From: Takakia lepidozioides
Lineage: Eukaryota; Plantae; Bryophyta
DNA length: 64,000 nucleotides
Assembly (NCBI GenBank): GCA_030704615.1
Contig: CM060733.1
Span: 40,424,001-40,488,000 of the forward strand
Direction of reading: 5' to 3'
In this document: piece by piece, positions 26,511 to 39,545 of the stretch
How the letters are laid out: each line of letters starts with the position of its first letter
Numbering within the stretch: position 1 is the stretch's first letter
The notes under the pieces: generated by a model
Databases searched by the model: none
Seen by the model: only the letters and a program-made list of their open reading frames with translations
Told to the model about the DNA's origin: nothing
Translations under genes and position numbers: made by a program

Positions 26511-27635
26511 AGTTCTATCGATCTATTAACGCTACCTGTAGTTATACCGAACCGCTCTGCCTACAATATGATGCAGTACTGAACTTGGAGTTTTGTTTGA
26601 GTACTTTTTGATCGAGATTCTATGTGTACACAACAGAATACATCAGGTTTGGGGATAATGGACTACTCTTGAGTCGAGATGCAACCCACAAAATCAAACG
26701 TTGCTATATCTATCTGTTTTCTTTTTGTAAGAAGGCCTGCTCAGGGCATCAACAATTGGTTGGCTAAAGTCTCCTCTCAGTAAACTCTCCTTTTCAACTT
26801 CATCTGGTGAAACCAAAGAACGTTCAACGATTTGATGACCAAACTGTAGAGCATAAGATAGAGGATTTTGATAATGAGGACAGGTGCTTACAAGAGAATC
26901 TCGCGTCATCGAACCAAGTTCCATTTTGTGGAGGAATGTCCCCGTCAAGCTCGGGAACGGATCCTTATAATGGCCAGAACGACAGACCGAAAAGAAAAAG
27001 GATAAGGGCCCATGTAAGAACGGTGATGAAGCGCAGAGTCAATTACGGATGACACATATTGCTATGGAGCGGAATAAAAGAAAACAGATGAACGAGCGTC
27101 TGTGTGCCCTTCGAGTACTTATGCCTGGCTCTTACGTCCAGAAAGCTAACCTTCTGGACAGGAGGATGTAAATATGTTGAATCCCTGAACTATAAGTCTT
27201 CGTAGTGATTGATGATGGTAACTATGGATTTGATCAGGCATGTACACAGATCATCTCTGAACTTCCTGTGAGGCCATGCTAGCTGATCTAACTTAATCTT
27301 GAAAGATGTAATGCACCTTTCCGTGCAGGTCCAAATCTGGCAACCTCAGCTGGAAGGCAGTAGATTCATAAGAATAGCTGAAACATGGATGATCTGCATG
27401 TCTAGACACATGGATTATATGTCGTTGAGTATTTGAAAAATATGTAATCTCCCGGGACTTGGGACTGGTCCTTAGTTGGGAGATTGTAATTCTTTGAGAT
27501 AAACCGAACTTCAACAATGTGGACATCCTAGTAGAGCTCCAGATGTACAAACACCAGAGAAATTCATTGTTCACCAGGATGACGATACATGTGAATGGAG
27601 TGTGAATGTTCAATGTAATGTTTTCGTAATGTATT

Positions 27636-28013
27636 TATTGAAAATACTGATTTCACTGCTTGCTCATAGTTGTTTATAGAGTAGCCGGTAAGTTATGAAG
27701 AAGCTATCCAACACTAAGAAGTACGCTGCTTATCAATCTACAAGGCAATCCATGGAATCAATGATGCTCACGCATCTTTAAGCTTAACTACACCACGCTA
27801 TGAACATACATAAAAACTAACTGAGTATCTTCTGCCACCAAAAAAATAAGGTGCTACTAAGTGAGGGAGATCCAACTAGCTAGAGATTCAAAATGTGATT
27901 GACTGGCATCTGTGATTGTGACTGCTCGGTGGACTACCACCTATTTGCTGACTATGACTATTCGACCAGCATGGTCCAGATGTCAATGACGGACTGGATC
28001 TTCGATTTCAACA
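27636..28013 (-). repeat. Copia-2 3' LTR
   Basis: Reverse complement of 29505-29894; PPT at 28014-28021. Confidence 0.94.
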
Positions 28014-29504
28014 CTCCCACTCAGTCCGACATTGTATGCATGCTTCAAAGATCGCTTGCACAGAGATTGCTTGCTGGGGAATGCAACCCAAGCATGGAGC
28101 GAAAACGAAGGAACTTGTCTGGACCAAGAGCCTTATATCGGAAATCTGATCGTTCGTGTGAACATACTAAATGTCAATTTCTCCCTTCGCCTGGTTCTCG
28201 TGAATGACATGGTACTGAACGTCTATGTGCTTTGTTCGACGATGGTACTCTGGATTGTGAACCAGATGGAGTCCATGAGTCTCAGTAACCAAATAATCTC
28301 CCTCGTAGCCATGTGAGCCGCAACATACTCCGATTCAGTTGTCGATCCAGCAGTACACGCTTGTTTCCGACTGCTCCAAACAATTGCTCCTTGGTTCAAC
28401 ATAATGACACATCCGGATCTGGATTTTCTATCATCTATGTCACCAGCATAATCTGCGTCGCAAAATCCTGTGAGCAGATTTGTGTCTTGCTTCCCATTGT
28501 AGGTCAGAACAAAATGAGATGTTCCCTTCAAGTATTTCATGATCCGTTTCACAGCGTTGTAGTGCACAGGTCTGTGACTTGATGCTTATTTCGTCATTGT
28601 ACTCACTGCATATGAGATGTCAGGACGACTCCCGATGCTTGCAAACATCAAGCTTCCAACCATTTCCTGATATGGAAATTGGTAATCCATGATGTTTTCC
28701 TTGTCTTCTTTCTCTGAGTCACCCGAAGGAGAATAGAAACTCATTTGAGTATTAGGGTCGGCAGGAGTAGTCACTGCCATTGCATTTTTGAAACCATACT
28801 TCGTGATCATCTTCTCAATGTAGACTTTCTGATCGATTGTCCTGAGTTGCCGATCTCTTTTAATTCGCAAACCGACATAACAGTCTGCCTCTCCCACTTT
28901 GATTTCAAATTCCTTGCCCATGTATTCAAACATGTTGTCAAGCCTTGCTGACTCAACGCAACAGGCCAGTCCATCATCCACAAATAGAGATGTGATGATT
29001 TTGGGCTTCTCTTTACTGTAGTAAATGCAAGGATCTACCGCACTTGGTACCAAATTGTACCTAAGCAGAAAATTGTCAAACTTCGCATTCCAAACTCGTG
29101 AAGCCTGCTTCAGTCCATACAAACATTTTTTCAAACTGCATACCAGGTGCTCTGTGCCTGGTGCCATGAAGCCCGGCGGCTGGATCATGTAGATCTCTTC
29201 TTCGAGTTCTCCATAGAGAAACGCGGTTTTAATATCAAATTGCATGATATTCATATCCTCGGATGCTGCAATGGCAAGAATGGTGCGCATGGAGTCATGA
29301 ATACTTGACGACGGGAGAAAATGTTTCTGCATAGTCAATACCATACTGCTGTGAGAATCCCTTGGCAACTAATCGTGCCTTGTATCTCTCAGCTGTTCCA
29401 TCTGATTTTGTTTTTAGTTTGCCCATTTACATTGCACCGCTTTGCGATCACGAGGTTAATTATAGATGCCTGGTCTCCCTGTCCAATATCAGATGTCACA
29501 ATAC

Positions 29505-29894
29505 TGTTGAAATTGAAGATCCAGTCCGTCATTGACATCTGGACCGTGCTGGTCGAATAGTCATAGTCAACAAATAGGTGGCAGTCCACCGAGCAGTCAC
29601 AATCACACATGCCAGTCAATCACATTTTGAATCTCTAGCTAGTTGGATCTCCCGCACTTAGTAGCACCTGTATTTTTTTGGTGGCAGACGATACTCAGTT
29701 AGTTTTTATGTATGTTCATAGCGTGGTGTAGTTAAGCTTACAGATGCATGAGCATCATTGATTCCAAGGATTGCCTTGTAGATTGATAAGCCGCGTACTT
29801 CTTAGTGTTTCAAAATTGTTGGATAGCTTCTTCATAACTTACCGACTACTCTGTAAACAACTATGAACAAGCATTGAAATCAGTATTTTCAATA
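29505..29894 (+). repeat. Copia-2 5' LTR
   Basis: TGTTGAAA...TTCAATA followed immediately by the PBS. Confidence 0.94.
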
Positions 29895-32800
29895 GGTTAT
29901 GGGCCCACAATCGCTTAATGCTGTGTGAGAGGTTTTGTTTCTGTAGAAGTAAGGGTGATAGAAGAAATGGCGTTGGTGAAGACAGATTCTAAGAACGTGA
30001 CGAATATTGAGAAGTTCACGGGAGATAACTTCTAACTATGGAAGTTCCAGATGCAAGTGCTATTCCGAGCAAAGAAGCTTTTACGTGTTGTTGAGGGGAT
30101 AGAATTGAGAGAAGAAGCTTTGGATCAGGATGAGTGGGATGACAAGGATATTTGTGCTTCTTTGTACATCTGCAGGTCGGTAGACAATAAGCGTATGCAG
30201 CAACTCATTGCATGCAAGACATCAGCAGAGATGTGGAGTCGTCTCATCACCATTCATGAGCAGTGCGCAAGGGAAAATATCCATATGCTACAGCAGAAAT
30301 TTTTTGAATACAAGATGAGTGATGGTGATGATGTAGCTGAACACATTAGCACCATAGAGTCCATGGCTTGCCAGCTTAACGATCTTGGGGAGGCCACAAC
30401 AGATCGAGCAGTAATCACCAAGATTATTTGCAGTTTACCTCCTTCATACCGACACATGATCTCAGCGTGGGACAGTGTTCCAAAGGATGAGCAGACGATC
30501 AAGAAACTTACCGTAAGACTGCTAAAAGAAGAAACCCTGAACAAAGAACGAGGAGCATTTGATTAAGCCAGAGATAAGGCTTTTTTTGTTGGTCGGCCAG
30601 GTAATATGAACAGCAGTGGAAGCGGTGATGGTAAGCCAAGATTGACGTATGCTGAACGTCAGGAAAAGATAAGGAGAATCGAGGAATTGAAGAAACAAAC
30701 TCATTGTAATGGTTGCGGAAGAAGAGGACACTGGGAGTGCGAGTGTCCTGATAAGAAGGCAGCAGAGACGAGTCAAGCAAATCAAGTGGAGAGTATGTCT
30801 CCAGAGGTCAATATTAGCACTGCATACACTGTTCACGGGGCTCAATCTTCTAGAGTTACCATGGCTGAGAGTAACTGTTGGTATGCTGATGGCCGTGCAA
30901 GTGAGCACATGACCGATAAGAGAAAGTGGTTCAAGAATTTGGAACCAATAGCTAAGGGGAAGTGGCATGTCGTGGTCGCTAGCAATGATTCTGTGTGGGT
31001 TGAGGGAGTTGGGGATATCGAGATTATGAGTCTTGTTGGAGACAAGTGGGAGAGAGGAGTGATTACAAAGGCTTTGTATGTCCCTAAGTTGAAAAAGAAT
31101 CTATTCTCAATCGGACAGGCAGCAGACAAGGGAATTGTCACTGCCTATAACAAAGAGAGTTGCAAATTAATTTGCAATGAGGGACGAGGAAGAATTGTGA
31201 TGGTAGGTTTGCGTGAAGAGAAACTGTATAAGCTGCAGTTGAAGGTCATTATACCTAAGAGTATCGACAAGGGTTTGTTAAGTGGCAAAAATGAGAGCAT
31301 CGCTTTCTTGAGTGAGTCAAATCCTAGCAATCTGCATCTCTGGCATTGTCGTTTGGGATATCTAAATCATGCTATGATCAAGAAAATGGAGGCATCACAG
31401 AGTGTAGAATGTCTGAAGATAGGCAGTTTGAGTGAGGCATCAACCTTCTGTGAAGGATGTGCCTATGGCAAGAGCCATAGACAGAGCTTTCCTGTCAATG
31501 ATGAGAGAGTAAAAACTGAGAAAGTTGGAGATCTCTTACACACGGGTGTGTGTGGACCGATGAAAATAGACTCCATCGGAGCGTCAAGGTATTATGTAGT
31601 TTTCAAAGATGATTTCTCAGGGTACAGAATGGTATTCTGCATGAAGAAGAAGTTTGAAGTCATAGAGCACTTTCGTAAGGTCCTTAAGCAGACATAACAA
31701 GAAACAAAGAACAATGTCAAGATAGTTCGTAGTGACCGAGGGGGAGAGTTTATGAGTTCAGCTTTTAAAGAGCTTTGTGAGAAAGAGGGAATCCGCCATG
31801 AGCTGACAGCTCCTTATACACCAGAGCAGAACGGTGTTGCCGAGAGAGAAAATAGAACCATCATGGAGTCAACAAGGAGTATGTTGCATACAAGCAATAT
31901 TGGCCTAGAATTCTGGGTAGAGGCGGTACTAACGAGTGCTTACATCCTAAATAGAATAGGAACATGGTTACTGGATGGGAAGACACCAATCGAAGCATGG
32001 TCAGGAGCAAGACCATTTGTTGTTCATTTCAAGATTTTTGGATCAGATGCCTATTCTCACATTCCAAAGCAGATGAGATCCAAACTTGATCCAAAGTGCA
32101 AGAAATGTGCATTCATAGGATATTGCACCAAGAGCAAAGCATATCGGCTCTGGCACAATGACACTAAGAAGGTGATACTCAGTCGAGATGTTGTGTTTGA
32201 TGAGGGATCGTACACATCTACAACAGAGTCATTGTAAACTCAAAGTGGAGTCTCCATCATGGATCTGTATGATGATCTTGAGGACTCAGTGGAAGTACCT
32301 GAACCAGTGGGAGCAATGCAGGGAACAGTGGATGCAGTTGAGGCAACAGAAAGAATTGATGGGAGTTCAATGACGAAATAATGAGCAAGCGGTATATGAA
32401 CCAGTGGGAGTTCAGCTTGAAGTGGTCCTTGATGGATGTGTGGAGAAACCATATGGGCAAATGACACGATACGAAACTTGATCACGGCAAGCACCAACGA
32501 GGTATGGTGATTGGGCTTATTTTGCTGAGGTGCAGTCTTTTGCTGGAGTAGCGAGTTCATTGGAAGAGCCCCATGATTATTGGACTGCAATCAACTCAGA
32601 ACAGAGAGTCGAATGGCAACAAGCGATGGACGAGGAATTCAGCTCTCTCATTCAAAACGAGACATGGTTGCTTACAGGAGGGTGCCATAGAGTTTGTAAA
32701 GGAGCTAGAGCGGCTCTTGCAACGCGTGCAAGCACAAATTAAAGCGCAGGCGCTCATATAGAGAGCTCAACAATGTGAGTGGCCGTAGCCATTCTGAAGG

Positions 32801-35800
32801 TTCACTGCTATTGCAGCCATTTTTCTCATTCTACTTACTACATATGCCGCCAAGTACAGTAGTGGATCCTAAGTGTATCAATGAGAACTTATATTACGAA
32901 CCTGTCAGGGATGTCCTAGCAGAAGGAGAGCAGACGCCAAGTCTGAGGTGGCTGATGTGGAGGTCAAGGTGGTGGGTTCCGATGCTCTGGTGAAGATAAT
33001 GTCCCAACGGAGACCTAGGCAATTGCTGAAGACAATTATCGTGCTCGAGGGTCTGCATCTGACAATCTTACAACGGTCGAGCATACTGTGTTGCACTCTT
33101 TTAATGTTAGGGTAAGTTCCCCTTCATGTAGACACTTAGCAAAATTAATTGCTTATACAGTTGTGTTCAGGGCAATCTGAATTTGTGGATTGAGTTTCGT
33201 AAGTATCGGATTCAGTAGTAAACTTACAGTAAATGTCATTGGTTGTTCCATCGTCTCTGATAGTTTATCGGGCTAATGATCTGTTGTCCTCGCTTATTGT
33301 TGCATAAGCACAGATTGGGTCGGAGTGTAGATTGACAATGGAAGAAATTGCAGCTGTTGTGCATCAAACGTTAAATGTCATCCACTTCACACACTGCTGA
33401 GTTTAGGAGCTTCGCAATATGCACTAGTATTAAGCTGAACCAATCATTGTACAGACATGTATAGCCATTCACGACTGTACAACATCACACAACAGTGCTA
33501 TATTTCCTTGTAGCTTGAATTTCCCGGACCTTATTAGTGTCAATTACAAAGGGTGATCAAGGCTCAGCTTCAATCTCGGTGATCAGCGCTTGAGTTTATG
33601 AGAAGTCTCAGAGAAGTCAACCGATGGTGCTTCAGTTTCGGAGCTGCCACCGCTAGGGTAGTTGGGATGCAACTTGCATTAGTTATTAGTTTTACCTTAA
33701 CTTTCTCTCGTAGATAGGTGTGACTTCGAGAAGTGCTGTTGATATAGTTAATAGAGGAGCTGCCTCTCACGGAGGTCTCACATATATATATTGTGTGTCC
33801 ATCTGGTCAGAATTCAGGCTTAGTGTTCATCTCAGAGAGCATTCTCTAAGTCTCTTATGTCTGTCTCAAGCAGTGTCCTCATTTTGTTTACTGTCAGCTT
33901 TCTAATACACCCTCCTCAAGATGGAGGACATAGAAAACTCACAAGTTATGGCCCACGCTACCGGTATGTAGACAAGTTTGCAGGAAAGGACTTCATGCTT
34001 TGGAAGTTCAAGATTGAGACAATGCTAAAAGCAAGGAGCTGCGGGGTCTGATTGATGGGAATGAAGTCAAGCCCAGTAGAACGGATGTTGCCGCGCTTAC
34101 TACCTACACCAAGAAGGAGAGTAGAGCTCTTAATCTCATTGTGCAAAGTCTTTCTGATAGTCAGTTGCTCACTGTGAGGAGAGAGACCACCGCAAAGGAA
34201 ATTTGCCCCGGAGGCTCTTGAAAGAAGATATGTTGACAAAGGTTTGACCAACCGATTGTTTTTGACAAGGAAGTTCTTCGATCTCATCGATGAGTCCAAC
34301 TCACACCAGGGAATCACTTAAATAAGTTGGGAGCCATGGCTGATGAGTTGGATGCTATCGGAGCACCCATTCCAGTAGACGTAAAGGTCATTGTATAGAG
34401 AGAGAAGACTTTGGCCGAAGCCGGCGTAACTAAGAGCCACTTCGCCTTGCCTCTACTGCCCCCTTTCGGGGGTGGGCCCTATATATATATATAGAAAGAG
34501 GGGGGTGTCCTGTGGGACACCCGGTGACTTTTGAGAATAGAGGAGATAGTGGTACCCCTGGGTACTCATGGGTACCCTGAGAGACCTAGGGGACATTTGA
34601 GGTGCCGGATTCCAATTGGCGTTTGTTGGTAATAATAGTTGTGAGTGAACGGAGTGCCATGGGATGGATTTCTTTGAAGCATTTGTAGATGGGTAGGATG
34701 GGAATTTGGAAATTATCGTGGATATCATTAATAATGACGTTATGGATGCCCCTCGGGTACCAGCGGTAATGACGGTTAACAGGTCAATTTTCCAGCCACG
34801 CCTTCGGATTGCGAGGATGAGCGGGGCATATTTTTGACGTTTTTCTAAAATTGAGTCGTTTGGGTAGCGATCATGGCAAAATGTGAATTCAAAATGGATG
34901 ATGAGTTGTGGGGATGGTGAAGTGGGAGGTAAAGTGTTGATGGGTAGGCCATGTACTAGGAGCATGTCCGGGCAAAGCCTAGCTGGGCATGATGGTACAT
35001 ATGCATGGTAGCAGCCATGGTGGCACGGTGTGGTCGGGTGGCCAACCTTGGTAGGTGTCTGCGTGCATGAGCGAGAACCATCGAGTTTCAGCACGTTTTT
35101 TAAAAAGCTTATGGAGGTGCTAGACTGCATGGTTATGTCGCATGATATGTAGGCCATGTATGATCGGGTGTGTACATTAGCTGAGGAGATGTGGCCAAGT
35201 GTCGCAAGCTTGGTGGGTGGTTGAACATAGCGGGTAGCATGGGGATGGGAATAAGTGTGGCCAAAGTGTATTCGTTGGTGGCCCATGGCGTACCTGAATT
35301 TGAGCGTTTGTAGGATTTGTGCGTCAGTAGTAGCTTTGGCTGGCCAGAAGTGATTTGAGAGTTTATGGTGTAAAATATCAGATTGAGTCCATTTTTGGAT
35401 GTGTATTTTGGTATGGCTGATGGAGGCGGCAGCTTGTTTGTCTGCTTCTTTGGTCAGAGTGGTTAGAAGGTTGCGGACTGGCCTAGGTGCAGGGGGTCTG
35501 GGACTGGGGGTATGAACCAAAAGAGATGGGTGTGAACGATGTGGATCATAGGGTCGTTCGTTGGTACTACTAAGGGTTGGGAGGTGCCGAGTTGAGCGAG
35601 CTATAGGTCTGCTTCCTTATTTCCATGAATACCAGTGTGTAAGCAGACTTTGTGTAAATGGACTGGGTGGTTTATGGAGGTGGCTTTTTGAAACAATGGC
35701 GGCAATAAGGTTACGGTCGGGGTGATGGTGGTGGGAGACGTGGTTTCAGATAAGATATAGGGAGGTGAGGCTGTCAGTGAAGATATAGTATGGGGGGGGG

Positions 35801-37246
35801 GGGGGAGCATCAAGCAGGGAGAGAGCGTCGTGGATGGCCATAAGTTCTGCTCTTAGGATGGTGGCAGGGCCAGGGAGCCGGAGGGCAACACCCTGACCGT
35901 TGATGGCGACGTGGTAAATTTTGTATCATGCATTATGGTTGGTGAGAGATCCATCAGTGTAGTGTGAGTTTGCTGGGGGATACTTGAGGGTGGTGTTTTG
36001 TTGATATATTGAAGGAATGGGGGGAGGAGGTGATGTTGAGATTTCTTGGGGGGGACGCGGTTGCGCCATCACTACTACAGATTAACGTTTTTATGACTAT
36101 GGGTGATATAAACCTTGGTAATCATGACTATATATGTGACTACGAAGTGATGAAACCCATTGACCTGTAAGAGGGCATGTACAAGACACTTGCAAAGTTT
36201 CAAATCAATTTAAAATCATTTGGTAGGGGGACGATTGGTTCACCCTTTAAACCATTTTAGATTGATGTCATACTTCTCAAAGACGTGTAAGAGGGCATGT
36301 AGAAGACACTTGCAAAGTTTCGGAGCAATAAAATATCATTTCATCGGGGAAGTTTCCGTTCACCCTTTCATCCAATTTTGAATTGAACTGGATTTTTACT
36401 AAATATGATTTAGATGGCATAGGATTGTGGGGCGCAATGAGTGTGGGCGCAATGATTTATTTTTTGGCTTGATTTTGTTCTGTGAGTTGAACCCTCACAC
36501 CACCACATCCTTGCCAAAAAATGTACCAAAGAAAAATATTTGGAAAAAAAACGTTCATCCTTTGCTCTATGCTCACTATTGCAAAACTCTCTATGAAGAG
36601 TGCATGAAGTTGACGATAACTTCACCTTGGAGTGCAAATGAGGGAATAAAATATGTTTTGGATGCAGACGATGTCTGTTTATGCTGATATTTTGCATACA
36701 ACTCTTCATGTTGTTATCAAGCATATGGCTTCAGAATGGAATTAAAAACAATTCATGTGCAGGCGAAAGGTTGTTTCTCCTTATGAATTTGAATAACCGA
36801 TTCAAACAACTTTGGTCCATATGTGCTTAAGTACGTACAAATCACGTACACAAAGTTCCAACGAAGAAATAATCATTTCCCCCCCGAACGACTCGTTAAA
36901 CGTTTCAACCAAATTTCAATCATGAATTATTTAGTAGGGGAACTATTGGTTCACCCTTAGAACCATTTTAGATTGACCTCATACTTGTCCGGTAACTTAA
37001 AGAGGGCATGTACAACACACTCCCAAAGTTTCAAATCAATCTAAAATCATTTGGCAGGGAAACGATTGGTTCACCCATTGACCCGGTGTACACTGTCACT
37101 CTTCAAGATTCGTGAGTGTGGTGCTTGATTATCCCATATGATGGACCCAGGTGCCATGGCCAAGTAACAAACCATTAAAACATTATGGTACGAGACAAAC
37201 ACAATTGAAAACAACATTTATTCAAACATGATGTAGCGTCAGAGGT

Positions 37247-38983
37247 CTATAAGTTTCTATCCATCCTCCAGCAATTTTTGGGCTCAGGCCAATTGAATAG
37301 CCCCGTCATGGAACGCTTCATAACATTTTCTAGTTTGTACCGCAACTCTACTGTGTCTACACACAAGTTTTCCAAAGCGGAAGCAAAACAGGTTCCAGTA
37401 GACATATCGTTGAACAGGCTTGCATCGAACGTGTTACCCCCATTTATTGCTTGGGCTATCTTCCCAATTGCAAAGGTCTCTGATGACACGGTTAGAGGGG
37501 GCCTACGAGGTGTGCCATCTAACTGGTTGTTGGCTACATTATGAACAATTGCAATTTCAGGTGCAATCCACCATCTATGTGCGAGAGTCTTTATCATCTT
37601 GACTCTGCTCTCGAAAATGTACAACATGGTTTTTGGGTCATCCGTCGTGGAGGCCATCCCCCAATCGTATACCCCGATGTACACATCTTCAGACCCTTGT
37701 GGAAAATACAACAAGATGTTGTCGGGGGACATGTCGTTGTGCAAGAGGTGGTGATCATGGACGTTGAGCATGATGTGCAAAAGCGCCCATGTTAATTGGG
37801 TGCGATTCTGTCGGAATCGAACCAGTCGGTTGACCTCCTGCATTTCCTGCTCCGTCCCCCGTTGCTCTATTAACTCCCTGTTATCCCGATCATTCCCCCA
37901 TTTCCTGTCAATACTCAACCATGATCGTATGGTCCCCCCATTCCACCAATGTGTGTTACCTTCATTTCGACGTGGATGCAACGCAAAATACTTTATGATG
38001 CCGAAATGATGGAACTTTACAGCCAACGCCTCATTGTTATGTTGGACTTTGGCAAGCTCAGCATTTGTTTCCCTGGGCGTTTTCCCTGCTAGCTCCCAAG
38101 ATGGAGGAATGAATTGATCCCCAATAATTCTAACCCTCCGAATTGTACCATACCCTCCCTGATTGGGCGCGTCGAGTTGTTGTACCTGTGCGTTTGTGGA
38201 TATGTATATCACGTTCAATGCCGCATCCGCGGACGAGGACCCTGCCTTCCATGGGAGTGGTTTTGTACGTCATTTGGCGTGGGTCTTTGCCATGTCAGAC
38301 CACCAATCCACAAGCACAAACAACCCCTCCTCCGAAGTTGACATGCGACCTTCAGCTACAAGTGTTCTCGTAACAAACTTGTCCATGGTTTGCCTCAGAT
38401 TCCATGTGGCATCATGGGCCCAGTCCTCCATCCATTTCGTGAATTGGAACTTCGTCCTGTCCTCCTCCCATTCATCCCCGGCCAAAGCCTCCCTCATTCT
38501 CATCCCCATATTGTGCTGGAATCTAAGGAACCCCTCATTCCCATGTCGGACATACAAAAGATTCAAACGCATTATGTCATTGTCCTTCAAATAATCCAGC
38601 ACTACTTGCTTCACCACCTTCGCGGCCTCTGCGCTTGGATAGTTTTTTTTGTTGACTTGACTATCATGTTCATGTGCATGTTTATGCTTCCTACCTTTAT
38701 GCCCACTTCCCAAAGAACCCCCTAACATTGCGTTCGAAGCAACGTTTCCGGACATGATGAAAGTACTCTGCGGAATAGACGCGGCTTCGTAACGGAAAAC
38801 TAAACCCAGACTATTGATAACCTTATATACTAGCAGACCAATTTCCTCACCCTCTGCTGGTATAGTACCCAAAGCAAACTCTCCCACGGTCCCAGGAAAA
38901 AAAGGCAAAAACTCATCCCCCACACAAATCCATTTTCTCTCCCCCGCCACGCTCAGTCCTGGCCACCGAAGTTCAAACTCCAA
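37247..38983 (-). pseudogene. intronless divergent Ser/Thr protein kinase carried by the CACTA (about 578 codons, one internal stop)
   Basis: ORFs 38270..38983 and 37247..38218 are in one frame, separated by a single TGA. Motifs QGGYG, LAGK, NEA, LHNDMSPDNILL, DWG, IAPE, SETFAIG. TATATAA box about 65 bp upstream. Confidence 0.85.
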
Positions 38984-39119
38984 GAAGCCTCAGAACCGCA
39001 CTCACAGAGAGGGAAAAAAGTGGGTTGGGAATGAGGGGTAGGCCCTTATATACTGCTTGGAGAGGCCTGGCGTGCGACCGCCTCTGCTGCCCATTCACGC
39101 CTCGCCACGTGTTCAGGGA

Positions 39120-39545
39120 GCGGTCGCACCTAATAACAAAATAATAATAATCTGTGACCACCACCGGCTGGTGGTCGCACCCATTTAAAAAATAATTAAA
39201 AATATGCGACCATCCCCTGCTGGTAGTCGCACCTATTTAAAAAATAATTAAAAATGTGCGACCATCCCCTGCTGGTGGTCGCACCTATTTAAAAAAAATG
39301 GAAAAGTTGTGACCACCACATGCTAGTGGTCGCACCCAATTTAAAAAAAAGAAAAAAATGTGCGACCACCCTCTGCTTGTGGTCGCACCTATTAAAAAAA
39401 ATGAAAATGCTGCGACCACCACCTGCTGGTGGTCGCACCCATTTAAAAAATAAGAAAAAATGTGCGACCACCCCCTTCTGGTGGTCGCACCTATTTTTAA
39501 AAAAATAAAAATTTGTCCGACCAACCTTTGCTGACGGTCGCATGA
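39120..39545. repeat. tandem array of about 52-bp palindromic units (about 8 copies)
   Basis: Units of GCGACCACC-n-GGTGGTCGCACC separated by A-rich linkers. Confidence 0.9.

Larger units (their letters stand above)
27636..32676. mobile_element. Ty1/Copia element (Copia-2), split into opposite-strand halves by an inversion
   Basis: 3' LTR (27636-28013), PPT and RH/RT lie on the minus strand. 5' LTR (29505-29894), PBS GGTTATGGGCCC (from 29895), gag, PR, INT and the RT start lie on the plus strand. TSD GTATT (27631-27635) / AATAC (29500-29504). Confidence 0.94.
21120..33400 (+). pseudogene. FAMA: bHLH subfamily Ia (FAMA/SMF-like) transcription factor pseudogene, split by two Copia elements and an inversion
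   Basis: b[35 protein letters not shown] (27049-27144); GDQASII (inverted, 29458-29478); GAIEFVKELERLLQ (from about 32677); SMF/ACT-like domain SEVADVEVKVVGSDALVKIMSQRRPRQLLKTI..HTVLHSFNVR|gtaag (to 33111); last exon IGSECRLTMEEIAAVVHQTL* (33314-33400). A possible frameshifted FGPKL motif near 21125 sets the tentative 5' boundary. Confidence 0.9.

Noticed and set aside
27636-29894. DIRS-like or TIR element with long inverted repeats
   Set aside because: The repeats are Copia LTRs (PBS and PPT adjacent) inverted by a later rearrangement.
39120-39545. CRISPR-like palindromic repeat array
   Set aside because: Linkers are similar A-rich sequences rather than unique spacers, there are no cas genes, and the context is a eukaryotic TE.
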